From: Octopus vulgaris
Lineage: Eukaryota
Length of the DNA stretch: 64,000 nt
Assembly (NCBI GenBank): GCA_951406725.2
Contig: OX597827.1
Span: 56,668,001-56,732,000, forward strand
Reading direction: 5' to 3'
Under the pieces are notes generated by a model that saw nothing but the letters and a program-made list of their open reading frames with translations, was not told the DNA's origin and did no database searches. This document shows positions 36,718-50,360 of the stretch, in pieces; position 1 is the stretch's first letter, and every line of letters begins with the position of its first letter. The position numbers were made by a program, and so were the translations under genes.

Positions 36718-39700
36718 TATGTGTGTGTATGTATGCATGTATATTATATATATATGTGTATTTATGTATATTATATATATATATGTGTATGTATGTATAT
36801 TGCATGTGTTTGTGTGTGTATATGTATGTACATTAAATGTTTGTGTGTTGGATGAAATGCTGTTAAGCATTTTGTCTGGTATGCTAATGTTTGTGTTATA
36901 TTGCTACCTTCTCTCACGAGTTAAAAAATTAAAAAAATGTCTTTTAACCCAATTTTATTTCCAAACCAACAAAAACCACGAGGAAGCTGCCTCTACACTG
37001 TTGTTTGATAGGCCAGAAATAGTTACCATATTTCCCTCAAAGCTCACTCTAACCCTGGTGTCTTACATCAGAAAGAAAACATTATGTAACATCATTCTAG
37101 ATACCTCTAAAAAGATGGTCAGGTCATGGTTGAAATGCCTTTCATAGTAAATTTACTTGGCCAGGACTGACATGGGGGTTAAAAGAATTAATTCAGGCTG
37201 CCATCATGTGCCTAAATTCCTTCTTGTGACCATCCTTATTCTTGATGCATAATGGCAAACACATAATGTCATTGATCATGTGATTGGTTTATGATGCTAA
37301 TGGCATTCAAAACTTTCAGCTCTTGTTCTTTGTAATCCACTGATAAGTAAAATCAGTCAAAACAAGACAGCTTGCATGAAACTTTTAGATGATGGTTAAT
37401 AATCCTGTAGGTGTTATTAAAAGTCTGCTTACTCTCAGAAAGAAAACTGTAACAGCATCAAATAATTTGATTTGTGAAGGCAGTAGTGAATTTATTAACA
37501 GTAAACGTTTGTGACATTTCACTTAATCTAACCTCAAAAATCACATAGAACTTTCAGAAAAGCCAACAACAACCAATATTACATACATGTAAAATTGAAC
37601 AACCTACAAAATGTCAAGTATATAACCAAAGGCATCAAGCAAGATAATTGGGACTTTGTTCCAAAGTGAAGACGCCTATTAGCAAGGCCATGGAACAATA
37701 GAATGTATAATGCTGATATTGCCAAACAAGTGTGCATGTGCATGCTAGCACACACACACACACACATTGGTCAATAATAGAGAATACATAAATCTTCTCC
37801 ATAGGCACAGGCATGGCTGTGTGGTACGAAGCTTGCTTCCCAACCACATAGTTCTGGGTTCAGTCCCACTGTGTGGCATCTTGGGCAAGTGTCTTCTACT
37901 ATAGCCCCAGGTTGACCAAAGCATTGCAAGTGGATTTGGTAGATGGAAACTGAAAGAAGCCTGTTATATATATATATATATAAAATTTAATAAGGGTAGA
38001 AATTGATATTAATCAATTAAAACCAGTGGCCTAGCATATTAAAAAAATCCGAAGATTAAAATATTTTTACATACAAAATTTAAAGGACAGACCGTCCACT
38101 TTTAGTGGTCAGTCCTTTAAATTTTATATATATATATAATTAAATTTTATATATATATATATTTATTTATTTGTGTGTCTTTGTTCCCCCACCATCACTT
38201 GACAACTGTTGGTGTGTTTATGTCCCCGTAACTTAACAGTTCAGCAAAAGAGACCGATAGAATAAGTACTGGGCTTACAAAGAATAAGTCCTTGGGGTTG
38301 ATTTCTTCGACTAAAGAAAACCCTTCAAGGCAGTGCTGCAGCATGGCCGCAGTCAAACGAGTAATGGTAACATAATGACTGACCCTTGAAATAAAGGCGG
38401 AGGAGGAGGAGGAGGAAACCAGAGAATAACAGGTGTTTAGTATTTGGCATCATATCTGGATTTAGATAAACAGGAATCAACAGAAAGAGAATTCTAATAT
38501 CCTGGAGCATATGTTGACTGAGAGAGAAGGAGAGAGAATTAGTTTTAACACTGTAACAGCAGTGGTCTGAAAATATTGATTAAGTCTTTTAATGCGACCG
38601 ATTTAGAAACAATAGGAACAAACCGCAGGGATATCTATATATCTATATCTATATCTATATATATAATTGATAGTATGTTCGTTGATATTCTCCAACCAAT
38701 ATTGAGTTACAGATATTTTATAAATCACTGACTGACGTTCTGCATATACTGAATGCAAAACGGATTGAAGCATTCTGAACATATGTAATTTATTAATGTT
38801 AGCCCTGCTGGGGTCAACAAAGACTTGTTAATATCCAATTTGCAAGCAATTAAGGTGTTAATTAGTATTTCACAATGAGATAGTCGCAAGAATGTTTAAA
38901 CACTTGTGGTCTTCTTGAAATAGATTTGATAATTGCACCAAAAATTCATACATTATTTTTTAATATCAACCTGCCTGAGATTGACTGTTTCAGTCATTTG
39001 ACTGTGGCCATGTTGGAGCACCGCCTTCAGTCGAGCAAATCGACCCCAGGTCTTATCTTTTGTAAGCCTAGTACTTATTCTATCGGTCTCTTTTGCCAAA
39101 CTGCTAAGTTACGGGGACGTAAACACACCAGCATCGATTGTCAAGCGCTGTTGGGGGGACAAACACAGACACACACACACACACACACACATATATACGA
39201 TGGGCTTCTTTCAGTTTCTGTCTACCAAATCCACTCACAAGGCTTTGGCGGCCCAAGGCTATAGTAGAAGACACTTGCCCAAAGTGCCACGCAGTGGGAC
39301 TGAACCCTGAACCATGTGATTCGTAAGCAAGCTACTTACCACACAGCCACTCCTACACTTATGGACTGTACAAGTTTGTTTGCTTGTTTGTTTTACATCT
39401 GTTTTTCCAAGGTAGCATGGGCTGGATGAGTATATAGTATTGAAGGCACAGGCGTGGCTGTGCTTTTAAGAAGTTTGCTTCTTAACCATGTGGTTTTAGG
39501 TTCAATCATACTGTATGACTCTTTGGGCAAGAGTCTCTTACTACCAACCAAAGCATAGTGAATGGATCTGGTAGACAGAAACTGAAAATATCCATCACAC
39601 ACACAGTGTGTATGTAGACATGTGCATACATGCATGAGCATGTGTGCGCCCTTGTCTTGACATCATTTGCTGGTTGTAAATGAATATCATTCATTTCCAA

Positions 39701-40208
39701 TATTCTGGAAAAATATGTTTGGCCATGGGGAGATACTACTTTGCTTGGAAAGACGCAAGGGCTGGAAGAGGTAGGACATCCAACCACAGAATATCTACCT
39801 GAACAAATTCAGTCTGACCCATGCCAGCATAGAAAAGTGAAAGTTAAAACAATGATGATGAAACATAGTTTTACAGTCAGATTCCCTTGCTGTTGCTAAC
39901 CATTACATGCTTTTCAAGTAAGAGATTATTTATTCTGCTTGTCTTTGGAAGTTTAGGGCTAGAGGACAATTTGCTGACAAGGAATGTCAGCAAACATCAT
40001 CGATTTCTAGCTCACTGCTTTCACACACACACACACATCATCATCATCATCATCGTTTAATGTCCATTTTTCCATGCTGGCATGGGTTGGACGATTTGAC
40101 AGGAGCTGACAGGCTGGAGAGCTGTCTAGATCCAATTGTCTGCTGTGGCATGGTTTCTATGGCTGGATGCCCTTCCTAAAACACCAATAAAAATATATAT
40201 TAGGCTTC

Positions 40209-40252
<44 letters not shown>

Positions 40253-40684
40253 AGGCTTCCATGCATTGTCTGTCTGTCAATTTCACACACAAGTTACTGG
40301 TCAGGCTTAAGTTACTGTAAAAGACACTTGTCCAATGTGCTGTACAGTGAGCTAGAACTCAACACCTCATGTTAAGAAAGTGAATGTCAAACCCACACAG
40401 CCATACCTATGTCTATTCATATTTATATATAGATAATATTCATATTTAATATAAAATCGTGACTGATATCTCATTATAACATGAATGATATAAGATTTCA
40501 TTTGGGCAACACCAACATTTATATAATAGATTAATGTAAAACCAGTTCTTTCTCTATCGGCAAAAAATCTTGAAATAAACTGAATAATGACACACACACA
40601 CAGATTATACACAAAACAGTGAATGCAGTAAAGGAACCACAAAGAAGAATAAGTACATAGGTATGTAAGGAGTAACATCAATGA

Positions 40685-41885
40685 ATATTGGGAAGCATGG
40701 AATTTTTTAAGAATAGCATGTCCTGACAGTAGACAATGGGAGCAGGTAGTTTATTCAATGCTTTTTGAGCATAAAAAAACTGTTTTCGAAAGTCATGTGT
40801 GCTATGTTGCTTTTTCATTTTATAAGCATATTTATAGATGGTAAAGCTATTGAATTATAAAAAAAGTGGCCAAATTTGTTGTTGGGAAATGGTGGATAAT
40901 CTTGTGGGCTTCCACCAAGTCAGTTGTTAGATGTCAAAACTTTAATATATTGGTACCCAGAGAAGCAACAGGTTCGAGATATAAGTGATTGATGTAGGGT
41001 ATTTGTTTGGTTGCACAAACAAATACCCTGGAGAGCTTCCAGTAGTTTGATATTCTGGACAAGAGGGTCTTCCAGAATAGCAATACAAACTAAGTGTGAA
41101 CATACTAAAGCCATACATAGCTTTAAATGGTCAGTGAGTAGCTGACAAGTCTAAGTAGGGCCAAGACATCTTTGGCTGTTTTGATGATTTAAGAAATGTG
41201 GTTTGTTCAATATAAACCATTGTTGATAATAACGTCTATGCTGTGTTTGCCCGCAAACTTCTTAACCCTTTCGTTACTGTATTTATTTTGAGATGCTCTG
41301 TGTTTCTTTCAATTACTTTAAATATTACAAAGAATTTAGTAAAATAACTTAGTTATCATTCAGTTAGCATTAGGAACATAAATTATAACTAAGGTTTGGT
41401 GGAAAATTCTAATTAAAAACTTATGAAAACAAGACATTTGTACTACAGAGCCAGAGCCGGTTTCAGCTGGGTTGGTAACAAAAGGGTTTAATGTTGGTTG
41501 AGAAGGGATTAGGTAAATTCCAGGGTTTTCTTCCAGAAATATATAGCAATGTACATATCCACAGCCTGTTTGGGTTACCAGTTAGCAATCCATTACCACT
41601 TTGTGTCCAGGTCAAATTGCAGGAAAGATCTATAGCTTATAGTATCTGCTCTTTTCATGGTACAGCCTAATGTTACCTGTGTATTTTAACACAGTAATAT
41701 GCTTCAAATTATCATCTATTTTGCTAATATATGCAATAAACAACAGGAGACCAAGAACAGATCCCTGCAGGGCCCCAGGTGTTATCACACAGTGTGAAAA
41801 TATCCTTGTACTGTGACTTCATTTTGACTGAGAATGAGGGACTTTCAACCAGTTAGCCCTCATATTCTAAAGCATAGAGCAGTAA
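40685..41885 (-). mobile_element. Old degenerate CR1 LINE (RT to ORF end) interrupted by a MITE at 41266-41486
   Basis: QGSVLGLLL motif near 41745-41770; alignable by eye to the younger CR1 at 43117-44375. Confidence 0.7.
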
Positions 41886-41961
41886 TGTATTTATATGCAG
41901 GTAACCATTGGTCATTCTATGGCCAGACATATACTTGACTGCATATATATATATAAATAAA

Positions 41962-42925
41962 GAGAAAAACAAGTAGTTTTAAATCTCTGAGCAAGAAATA
42001 AGTAGTATAAGTAGTAACAGTACTACAGAGTAATGTCCATTTGCCAGCATAAAGTGGCAGTCCTGATTAGGATGATGTTACTACCTTTTTAGCCCTAGGA
42101 AAATATCTTTTCCAGCTGGACATCAACACACAACTGCATCCTTATACTCTGAACAAGGGAGCTAATGTCCCCACTCAGCCTTAAACGGTACCTGCGGAGT
42201 AATGGTTCCTGGGTTATTTCTCTTCATTGACACAGAGTAGCACTAGGCCTTGCTTGAAGTATATACTTTTAAAGTGACACATAGTCACTGATATCGTAAA
42301 GAGAAAAACAATTAGTTTTAAATCTCTGAGTGAGAAATAAGTAGTAACTGTACTACGGAGTAAAGTCTATTTGCCAACATAAAGTGGCAGTCCTGATTAG
42401 GATGGTGTTACTACCTTTTTAGCTGGCTATCGACACACAACTGCGTCCTTATACCTCAAACAAGGGAGCTAATGTCTCCACTCACCCTTAAACGGTACTT
42501 GCGGACCAATGGTTTCTGGGTTATTTCTCTTCCTTGGCACAGGATAACAGTTGGCTAAGATGCCAGCACTAGGCCTTGCTTGAGGTATATAGTATTAAAG
42601 GGACACACAGCTACTGATCTCGTAAGTAGAAAAGCAATTAGTTTTAAATCTCTGAGTGAGAAATAAGTAGTAACTGTACTACGGAGTAAAGTCTATTTGC
42701 CAACATAAAGTGGCAGTCCTGATTAGGATGATATTGCTATCTTTTTTAGCCCCAGGAAAACATGTTTTTCAGCTGCCTATCAATATACAACTGTGTTGGG
42801 GTATAAGGACATAGTTGGGTATCAACAGCCAGCTGGAAAAGATATTTTCCTAGAGTTAAAAAAAAGGTAGTAACATTGTCCTAATTAGGACTGCCACTTT
42901 ATGTTGGGAAATAGACTTTACTCTG
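41962..42925. repeat. ~330-bp unit in 2.5 tandem copies followed by an inverted partial copy (Penelope-like architecture)
   Basis: Units start near 41962, 42301 and 42628 (TAGTTTTAAATCTCTGAG). 42800-42925 is the reverse complement of the unit's first half. Confidence 0.85.
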
Positions 42926-43116
42926 TCTGTCTCATACACACACACACATATATATATATATATGGTGTGTTATGAGAATTTCTGGAAAAGTATCCTATGG
43001 AAACTCAACAAATGTTAAAAATAGAGATGAGAAGATGTTAAAATTTGAAAGAATTTTAATATATGCATACAATCGTTTCAAACAGCAATACTAACATGTA
43101 AATAACATTACCCGAA

Positions 43117-44375
43117 TAACTGATGGTGGCTCCTGGGTGGATGTCGTTTACCTGGGCTTTGCTAAGGCTTTTAATTCTGTGCCACACAAAAGACTTATGG
43201 TGAAACTCTCTGCAATGGCTGTAAGAGATGATCTCTATAACTGGTTGAGGTCCTTCATTATTGGCCGAAAAGAAGTTGTCACAGTTCTAGGATAGCACTC
43301 TTCACCCTATGAAATAACATCTGGTGTACCACAGGGATCTGTTCTTGGTCCCCTTTTATTTGTTGCATATGCTAACGACATAGATGCCAACTTAAAGAAT
43401 GCCACAGTTCTGAAATATGCAGATGACATCAAGCTGTACCTCAAAATAAAGAGGACAGATCCTGTACACCATAGATCTTTATTGCAATCAGACTTGGACA
43501 CAATGCAGCAGTGGATCATGGACTGGCAACTCAAGCTGGCTGTGGACAAATGAACCACCATGCATTATGGGAGGAAAAACCCAGCATCCACTTACTCCCT
43601 CCACAACACTAATCTCAAAAAGTCTTCTTGTGAACGTGACCTGGGCATTATTGTCGACAGCAATTTGCGTTGGACAAAACACATTGCTAAAATTGCCAAG
43701 AAGGCTGAGGGTGTCTTGGCATCACTTACCAAGTCCGTTGTGAGCCGCTCTCTGGTTATCTATCTGAGGCTTTATATAGCTATGGTGTGGCCTCATCTGG
43801 AATTTGCATCACCAGTCTGGAACCTCTATCTTGCCCAGGATATTAATCGTCTGGAAACCGTTCAGCGACGTGCAACCAAGAGAATACCCTCCATCAGGCA
43901 TTTGCCATATTCTGAACGCCTTACTTCCCTGGGCATGGATACATTGAAACTCTGACGTCTGGCAACTGACTTGGCAGACACCCATAAAATTATTAACCAT
44001 CTTACCAACAATAGCTCTGAGCACCTTTTTAAACTCCACCTGTCTAACACCCGTGGACATGTTTACAAAGTCAGAAAACAGCACAGCTCCCATGACTTTC
44101 GGAAACATTTATTCACACTAAGAGTTGCTGAAGTATGGAACAAACTGCCGGCATCAATTGTTAGTTGTCAGAGCACTGCATCCTTCAAAACTTCCATGCT
44201 TCCTGAGATTCGCCAACACTACACCTGATTTTCTACCCTCCATACACACGCAGGTATGTATCTGACTCATACACTGTTCACTTCCCAGACATTCGTACAT
44301 TACTGCATATGCTTTATAAGCACTTTTGACAAGTTGTGGTGCACCTGAGCACTGAATACAATAATTTCATTATAT
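43117..44375 (+). mobile_element. 5'-truncated CR1-clade LINE: RT domain pseudogene and 3' UTR
   Basis: VDVVYLGFAKAFNSVPH, SGVPQGSVLGPLLF, KYADDIKL, LETVQRRATK, WNKLP. In-frame stops; ORF end at 44228; (ATT)-type tail. Confidence 0.95.
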
Positions 44376-45732
44376 TATATTATATATATGGCATTTGTGC
44401 TTTGACTGGAGCATTAGAGCGTTTAGCTCTTATTTCTTGTAGTGTAGGTGTTTCTAACATTCTCAGTCATACAATGACAGTTATAGTTTTCCTTTTTAGT
44501 ACACTTTGCTTACCGCTGCCTACATTACACAAACACACACGCATATGTATACCTGTATTTAATTTATAAGTATGTGTGTGAGTACATATCCATACATCCA
44601 AATATATACATACACGCATATACGTGTACATATATACACGCATACGCGTGTATACATATGCACGCACGCGTTAAATGTTTAGTCACGTATGGATAACTTG
44701 TAAAAAATGATCGTGATAATTTTGTCTACCATTACAATTCAGCATTCTCTGGTTCTATTTTCAAATCTAAATGAACCATTTAAAAAAATGTTAAATTTCC
44801 CACGTATGTATATACAAACGAAAAAATTCCTTTACATATGAAACGGCAGTACTTATGACCTCAGTCAAAGCTTTTGAGTCCTGGGAGGTGTATGGAAAAG
44901 AAACCCTATTAGATCTCGTCAGACTGCTTACTGCAAGTAGGATTACAAAAGAAACATTACATGACCAGATGGTAGAGTTAAACTGCAATTTATTAAGTCT
45001 ACCACTCCTTAACAGATACAATCTATCTGATGGGCTTCTGTGGTTTCCGTCTACTCAATTCACTCAGAAGATTGGATTAACCAGTGGTTATGGTTAAAAG
45101 ACACAGGTTTGAAGAGCTGCAGAGCGGTAGATTGAGAGATAAAAGAAACAACTGTTATATTTTTGATTTGTATATTAGCGTTTCTCTTATTTCGTTGGCC
45201 TCAACAAAATAAGACAAAAACAGGCTGTATTTATTCAAAAGTTGCAGAACTTTAATTAATGGTTCAAGGGAGATAACCAGAAGAGAAATTTGAGGGCAAT
45301 ATCAGATTTTGCTGAAATGCGCTTGTTCACGAGAAACATGGATAAAATAAGAAATTAGGTAAGAGAAGGAATGCAAAAGTGAAGTAAAAGTTTCTAGATT
45401 TGTTAAATTTCTAAAATCAAGTTTGAAGATGTAAGGAAAATACGGAAAGGTATCTTTTTTACTTGTTTTGGTCACTGAAGTATGACTTTTCTGGGGTACT
45501 GTCTTGAAGTGCGTAGCCAAATAAATCCAATCCAGTACTTATTTTTAAACTTCTGGTATTTATGCTATCAGTCTCTCTTGCTGAGCCGCTAAGTTATGGA
45601 AACGTAAACAAACCAAGCGGTGGGAGGGAGAGCACTAGAAGTCTAACAGTGTGCCTTTTCAAGGAAAAAAAAAAATGAAAGAAACAAATGAATCAAATAT
45701 TTTGGAAGTTCAGGGTGGTTGGATAGATTTGT

Positions 45733-46107
45733 AATAATAATAATAATGAAATTATTGTATACAGTGCTCAGGTGCACCACAACTTGTCAGAAAGTGCGCA
45801 TAAAGTATATGCAGTAATGTACAAATGTCTGGAAAGCGAACAATGTATGAGTCAGATACATGCTTGTGTGTGTATGGAGGGGAGGAAATCAGGTGTAGTG
45901 TTGGCGAATCTCAGGAAGCATGGAAGTTTTGAAGGATGCCGTGCTCCGACAACTAACAACCGATGCCGGCAGTTTGTTCCATGCTTCAGCAACTCTTAGT
46001 GTGAAAAAATGTTTCCGAAAGTCATGGAGAGCTGTGCTGTTTTCTGACTTCGTAAATATGTCCACGGGTGTTAGACGGGTGGAGTTTGAAAAGGTGCTCA
46101 GAGTTAT
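45733..46107 (-). mobile_element. CR1 LINE 3' fragment
   Basis: Reverse complement of ~44015-44375. Confidence 0.9.
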
Positions 46108-47567
46108 TTAGAAGTGATGTAATTGACTTAGCCCCTCTCCTGAACTTGCTGGCCTTTCGCCAAAATTTGAAACCAATGCTATGGCTAAGATAATGTCCTT
46201 GGAGTATTGGGATGAATATTTTTGCTCCAAATTATGCTGCTAACCCTTTGCCTGTCCTGTTTATCATGCAATATGCAGAACATATTTCATATATATAGGC
46301 GTAGGAGTGACTGTGTGAAAAGTAGCTTGCTTACGAACCACATGGTTCCGGGTTCGGTCCCACTGCGTGGCACCTTGGGAAAGTATCTTCTACTTATATT
46401 CTTGGGCCGACCAAAGCCTTGTGAGTGGATTTGGTAGATGGAAATTGAAAGAAGCCTGTCGTATATATGTGTGCGTGTTTGTGTTCGTGTGCCTGTCCCC
46501 CCAACATTGCTTGACAACCGATGCTGGTGTGTTCACGTCCCTGTAACTTAGTGGTTTGGCAAAAAAGACTGATAGAATAAATACTAGGCTTACAAAGAAT
46601 AAGTCCTGGGGTCGATTTGCTCGACTAAAAGGCGGTGCTCCAGCATGGTCACAGTCAAATGACTGAAACAAGTAAAAGAGTGTATAATGCACATTCCTAA
46701 TTTTTTCAACCACTAGAGTAACTTGGGGCTTATTAGCAGAAAAATTTATATTGCTCCAAGTGTATGAAACAAGGGCTAATTAAAAGTTTGAAAACAAGCA
46801 TAGACATTTAGGATAAACTTATGAAAATACTTCATCATCATCATCCTCATCGTTTAGCGTCCGTTTTCCATGCTAGCATGGGTTGGACGGTTCAACTGGG
46901 GTCTGTGAAGCCAGAAGGCTTCATCAGGCCCAGTCAGATCTGGCAGTGTTTCTACGGCTGGATGCCCTTCCTAACGCGAACCACTCCACGAGTGTAGTGG
47001 GTGCTTTTTACGTGCCACCCGCACAGGTGCCAGACAGAGCTGGCAAACGGCCACGAACGGATGGTGCTTTTTATGTGCCACCGGCACGGGGGCCAGGCGA
47101 GGCTGGCAACGGACACGAACGGATGGTGCTTTTTACGTGCCACCGGCACAGCTAATTAAGCTCTCTTTGCAGATTCTGCTGATTTTATAGGAGCTAAATC
47201 ATTACTGAAACACCATTGATCAGAGAGGTTTGCTGGACCAAGGCTTCCCAGGTTTAATCATCTACAACAATAATAGACTGTTGCTCTCTCCAGATGGAGA
47301 TTTATTTATATTTTTAGCAGTTCATGTGACTGCACAGATGATTCCTCATTGGCTATCATCAGTTGTTTAGCCCAGGTCAGCTCTGCTCCAGTTGACCAAT
47401 GGCCAAAGGCGTTCCACTCATAACTATCTCTGTTGTTCATTTTTCAAGTGTTATTTAAAATGTTGTTTTAAATATTAATATTTCTATTTTTGAAAACCAT
47501 TGGATGTATTCCACTGAATTTAGGTAAATAATCCTTCAAACAGCGACACTTGCTGGGTTCGGCTGCT

Positions 47568-47608
47568 CTGCATAGATAAAGGGCAAATACCCCGAAACTA
47601 GTCTGCAG
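47568..47608 (+). ncRNA. Degenerate hammerhead ribozyme motif
   Basis: CUGCA [UAGAUAA] AGGG-CAAAUA-CCCC GAA ACUAGU C UGCAG: perfect stem I and palindromic stem III, but a mutated CUGANGA core. Confidence 0.45.
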
Positions 47609-48017
47609 GTGCCTGACCAACAAGTGGAAGCGGCTGACCTCCCCTGGTTCGAAGGTTATAATGGACACAGGTTCATGTGTCACATAGCTAGCTAGAGGCA
47701 ATGGCCTCTTGGAGCTAATCAACGGCAGCATTCGTTCTATATTTCTGGATTGCTACATTAGCTTGGCGGTAACTATTAAAATGATATTTGTTTTCAATAT
47801 TTTTATGGATTTTATAAAAGAAATTTTAATCATGGACAATTCTAGCATGTTGGTTAACAGCAATAGGGAGTGTATGAGGCACAAGGAGTAATATTTACTG
47901 TGACTGAGAAAATATATAATTTTTTTACAAATCTCCACTACCTTTCAAAAACCATATCAGATCAGCAAATGACCTTCACTAAATGCATTAAAAACATTAT
48001 TAACATTTTCAGAATAC

Positions 48018-49045
48018 TACGGGATGGGCTGAACAATTTGTAGACTGACTATGCTAGCGCTGTGAAATCTTGCATGCATTAATTTCATCTCTTCTTATTC
48101 ATAGTGACATTGTTTCTTATCAGGAAAGCTGACACCTGACAGTTGAAAGAAGACTTCAAAAAGTAACTAGTAGTAACTTTTCTTGAAAATCAACATAGGA
48201 GAGAAAGAGATAGGCTTGTAGATTACTCAGTGTCTGGATGTCCTGCAATTGCCACCACTGAGGAAAACATTGATTGTAGAGAATATTCTATACAATGAAC
48301 TTGGCATGATGAAGGTTTCTGCTCAGTGGATGCCACATTTTCTGACACCTGATCACTTCATGGCAAAATCTGATGTTGTTTGAAGCAGATCCAGCTGGTT
48401 TCCTTGAACATTTCCTAATCTGGGATGGGTGCCGACTTCATCACTTTGAAATAGAGACAAAAAGCCAATCCATGCAGTGGAAACACCTCTCCTCACCTGC
48501 TCCAAAGATGGCCAATGTCATTTCATTTGTAGGGAAGGTGATGGCCTCAGTTGTTTGGGATGTAAAAGGGGTTGTGTTTATTGACTATCTTCAGAAGGGG
48601 TATACCAAGAATGGAGAGTACCACGCTAACTTGTTGAGGCAGTTATGAAAGGCTATCAAGACTAAACACTCAGGAAAACTGACAAAAGGGGTTTGTTTCA
48701 TCAGGACAATGCTTCAGCACACAAGTCCTTGATTTCAATGGCTGATGTGCATGACTGTGGCTTTGAACTGATTGATCATCATCCCTATTCTCCTGATTTG
48801 GCCCCATTTGGCTATTATCTGTTCCCCAATATGGCTGGGAACCAGTATCGCAATGGCAATGATATCATATCTGCTGTTGATGACTTTTTCGAGCAACAGG
48901 ATGAAAGCTTCTTCACAAATGGAATCCAAGGACTGCAACATTGGATGGAAGAAGCATGTTGACTGCAAGTGGGTGCTATGTTGAAAAATAAACCTCATTT
49001 GGTCATATTTCATGAAAGTATCTTGGCCAGGCAACAAACTTTTAA
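48018..49045 (+). mobile_element. Mariner transposon, degenerate transposase
   Basis: GKVMASVVWDVKGVVFIDYLQKG, FHQDNASAH, HHPYSPDLAP motifs. Internal stop and deletions; residual TIR-like ends. Confidence 0.93.
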
Positions 49046-49959
49046 TTTGAACCTCAAATTCCAAAAAATATCCCCATTTTCTTTGGGCATATAAAAGAAA
49101 AATTTAGGCGGAGCAAAATGAGCAAGACAAACGATGGTTAAGTTTGCTTTTTCAGTTCCCTAGAATAATATTTGAAAAATAAAAGAAGAAAAATAAAAAG
49201 AAAAAGATTCATACGCATAAATATCCATCCTTAGACATCAGAAAGATTAGAAATGCAACAAAAATTAAAAATACCGGATCTTTACCTTTTGACCTACAGA
49301 TTTAAAAAATAATTTTTTCTAACTAAACACTTTCAAACTTTGTATATCCATATCATCTAGGTCAAATGAAAGAGATACATGGAAAAATGACAACATAAAA
49401 TTAATGAAACTCGACTAAATCTAAAAAACTCAGCATAAAATATTCTCTATAGTTTCTTCCCGATCTACTGGGCTGGCTCTCTCCTTCATATATTTAGGTA
49501 CCATGCAATTAAAGAAAAGAAATTGCTGAAATTAGTCATTACTCATTTTGTCCCAGTTAAGACATCTTTTTGAAATCTATCAAATTAAACGTTAGTGTGG
49601 ATAAAAACTGGCTTGGAGAATCCAACAGAGAAAAGAATTTTGATTGTTAAACACCAGGTATTTTATTAGCCGTCTCAATTACAATCGAGTCAAAAGTTGA
49701 GGAAAAATTCATTGGACGAAAAAGGTACCTGTCACTTGACTGTTTCAAACTCTCAACTTCAACAACTACGCTGACCAACTCCTGAAGATGATGCATCAGT
49801 TCAAAATTACAATGTAATACCTGCAGTGTAATATTTCGAGTATTTTATTTTCATATATATACAACGTGGTCAATTAGCTAAGTTGATAGAGTAGCAGGTA
49901 GATTGCTGTGTAATAAGCATTTTGAGTTCAAATCCAGCCGAAGTCGATTTTATCTTTTA

Positions 49960-50360
49960 AGGCGGCGAGCTGGCAGAATCGTTAGCACGCCGGGCGAAAT
50001 ATGCAGCCGTATTTCGTCTGCCGTTACGTTCTGAGTTCAAATTCCGCCGAGGTCGACTTTGCCTTTCATCCTTTCGGGGTCGATAAATTAAGTACCAGTT
50101 ACGCACTGGGGTCGATGTAATTGGCTTAATCCGTTTGTCTGTCCTTGTTTGTCCCCTTTATGTTTAGCCCCTTTGTGGGTAATAAAGAAACAGGTATTTC
50201 GTCTGCCGCTATGTTCTGAGTTCAAATTCCGCTGAGGTCGACTTTGCCTTTCATCCTTTCGGGGTCGATAAATTAAGTACCAGTTGCGTACTGTGGTCGA
50301 TCTAATCGACTAGCCCGCTCCCCCAAAATTTCGGGCCTTGTGCCTAGAGTAGAAAAGATT
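49960..50360 (+). mobile_element. SINE family B partial dimer
   Basis: A full unit, then a restart at GGTATTTCGTCTGCCG (~50193) ending in the alternative tail. Confidence 0.85.

Noticed and set aside
46990-47150. Regularly spaced GGTGCTTTTTACGTGCCACCGGCAC repeats resembling a CRISPR array
   Set aside because: The spacers resemble each other and the units are the internal tandem repeats of SINE-like family D. The context is eukaryotic, with no cas genes.
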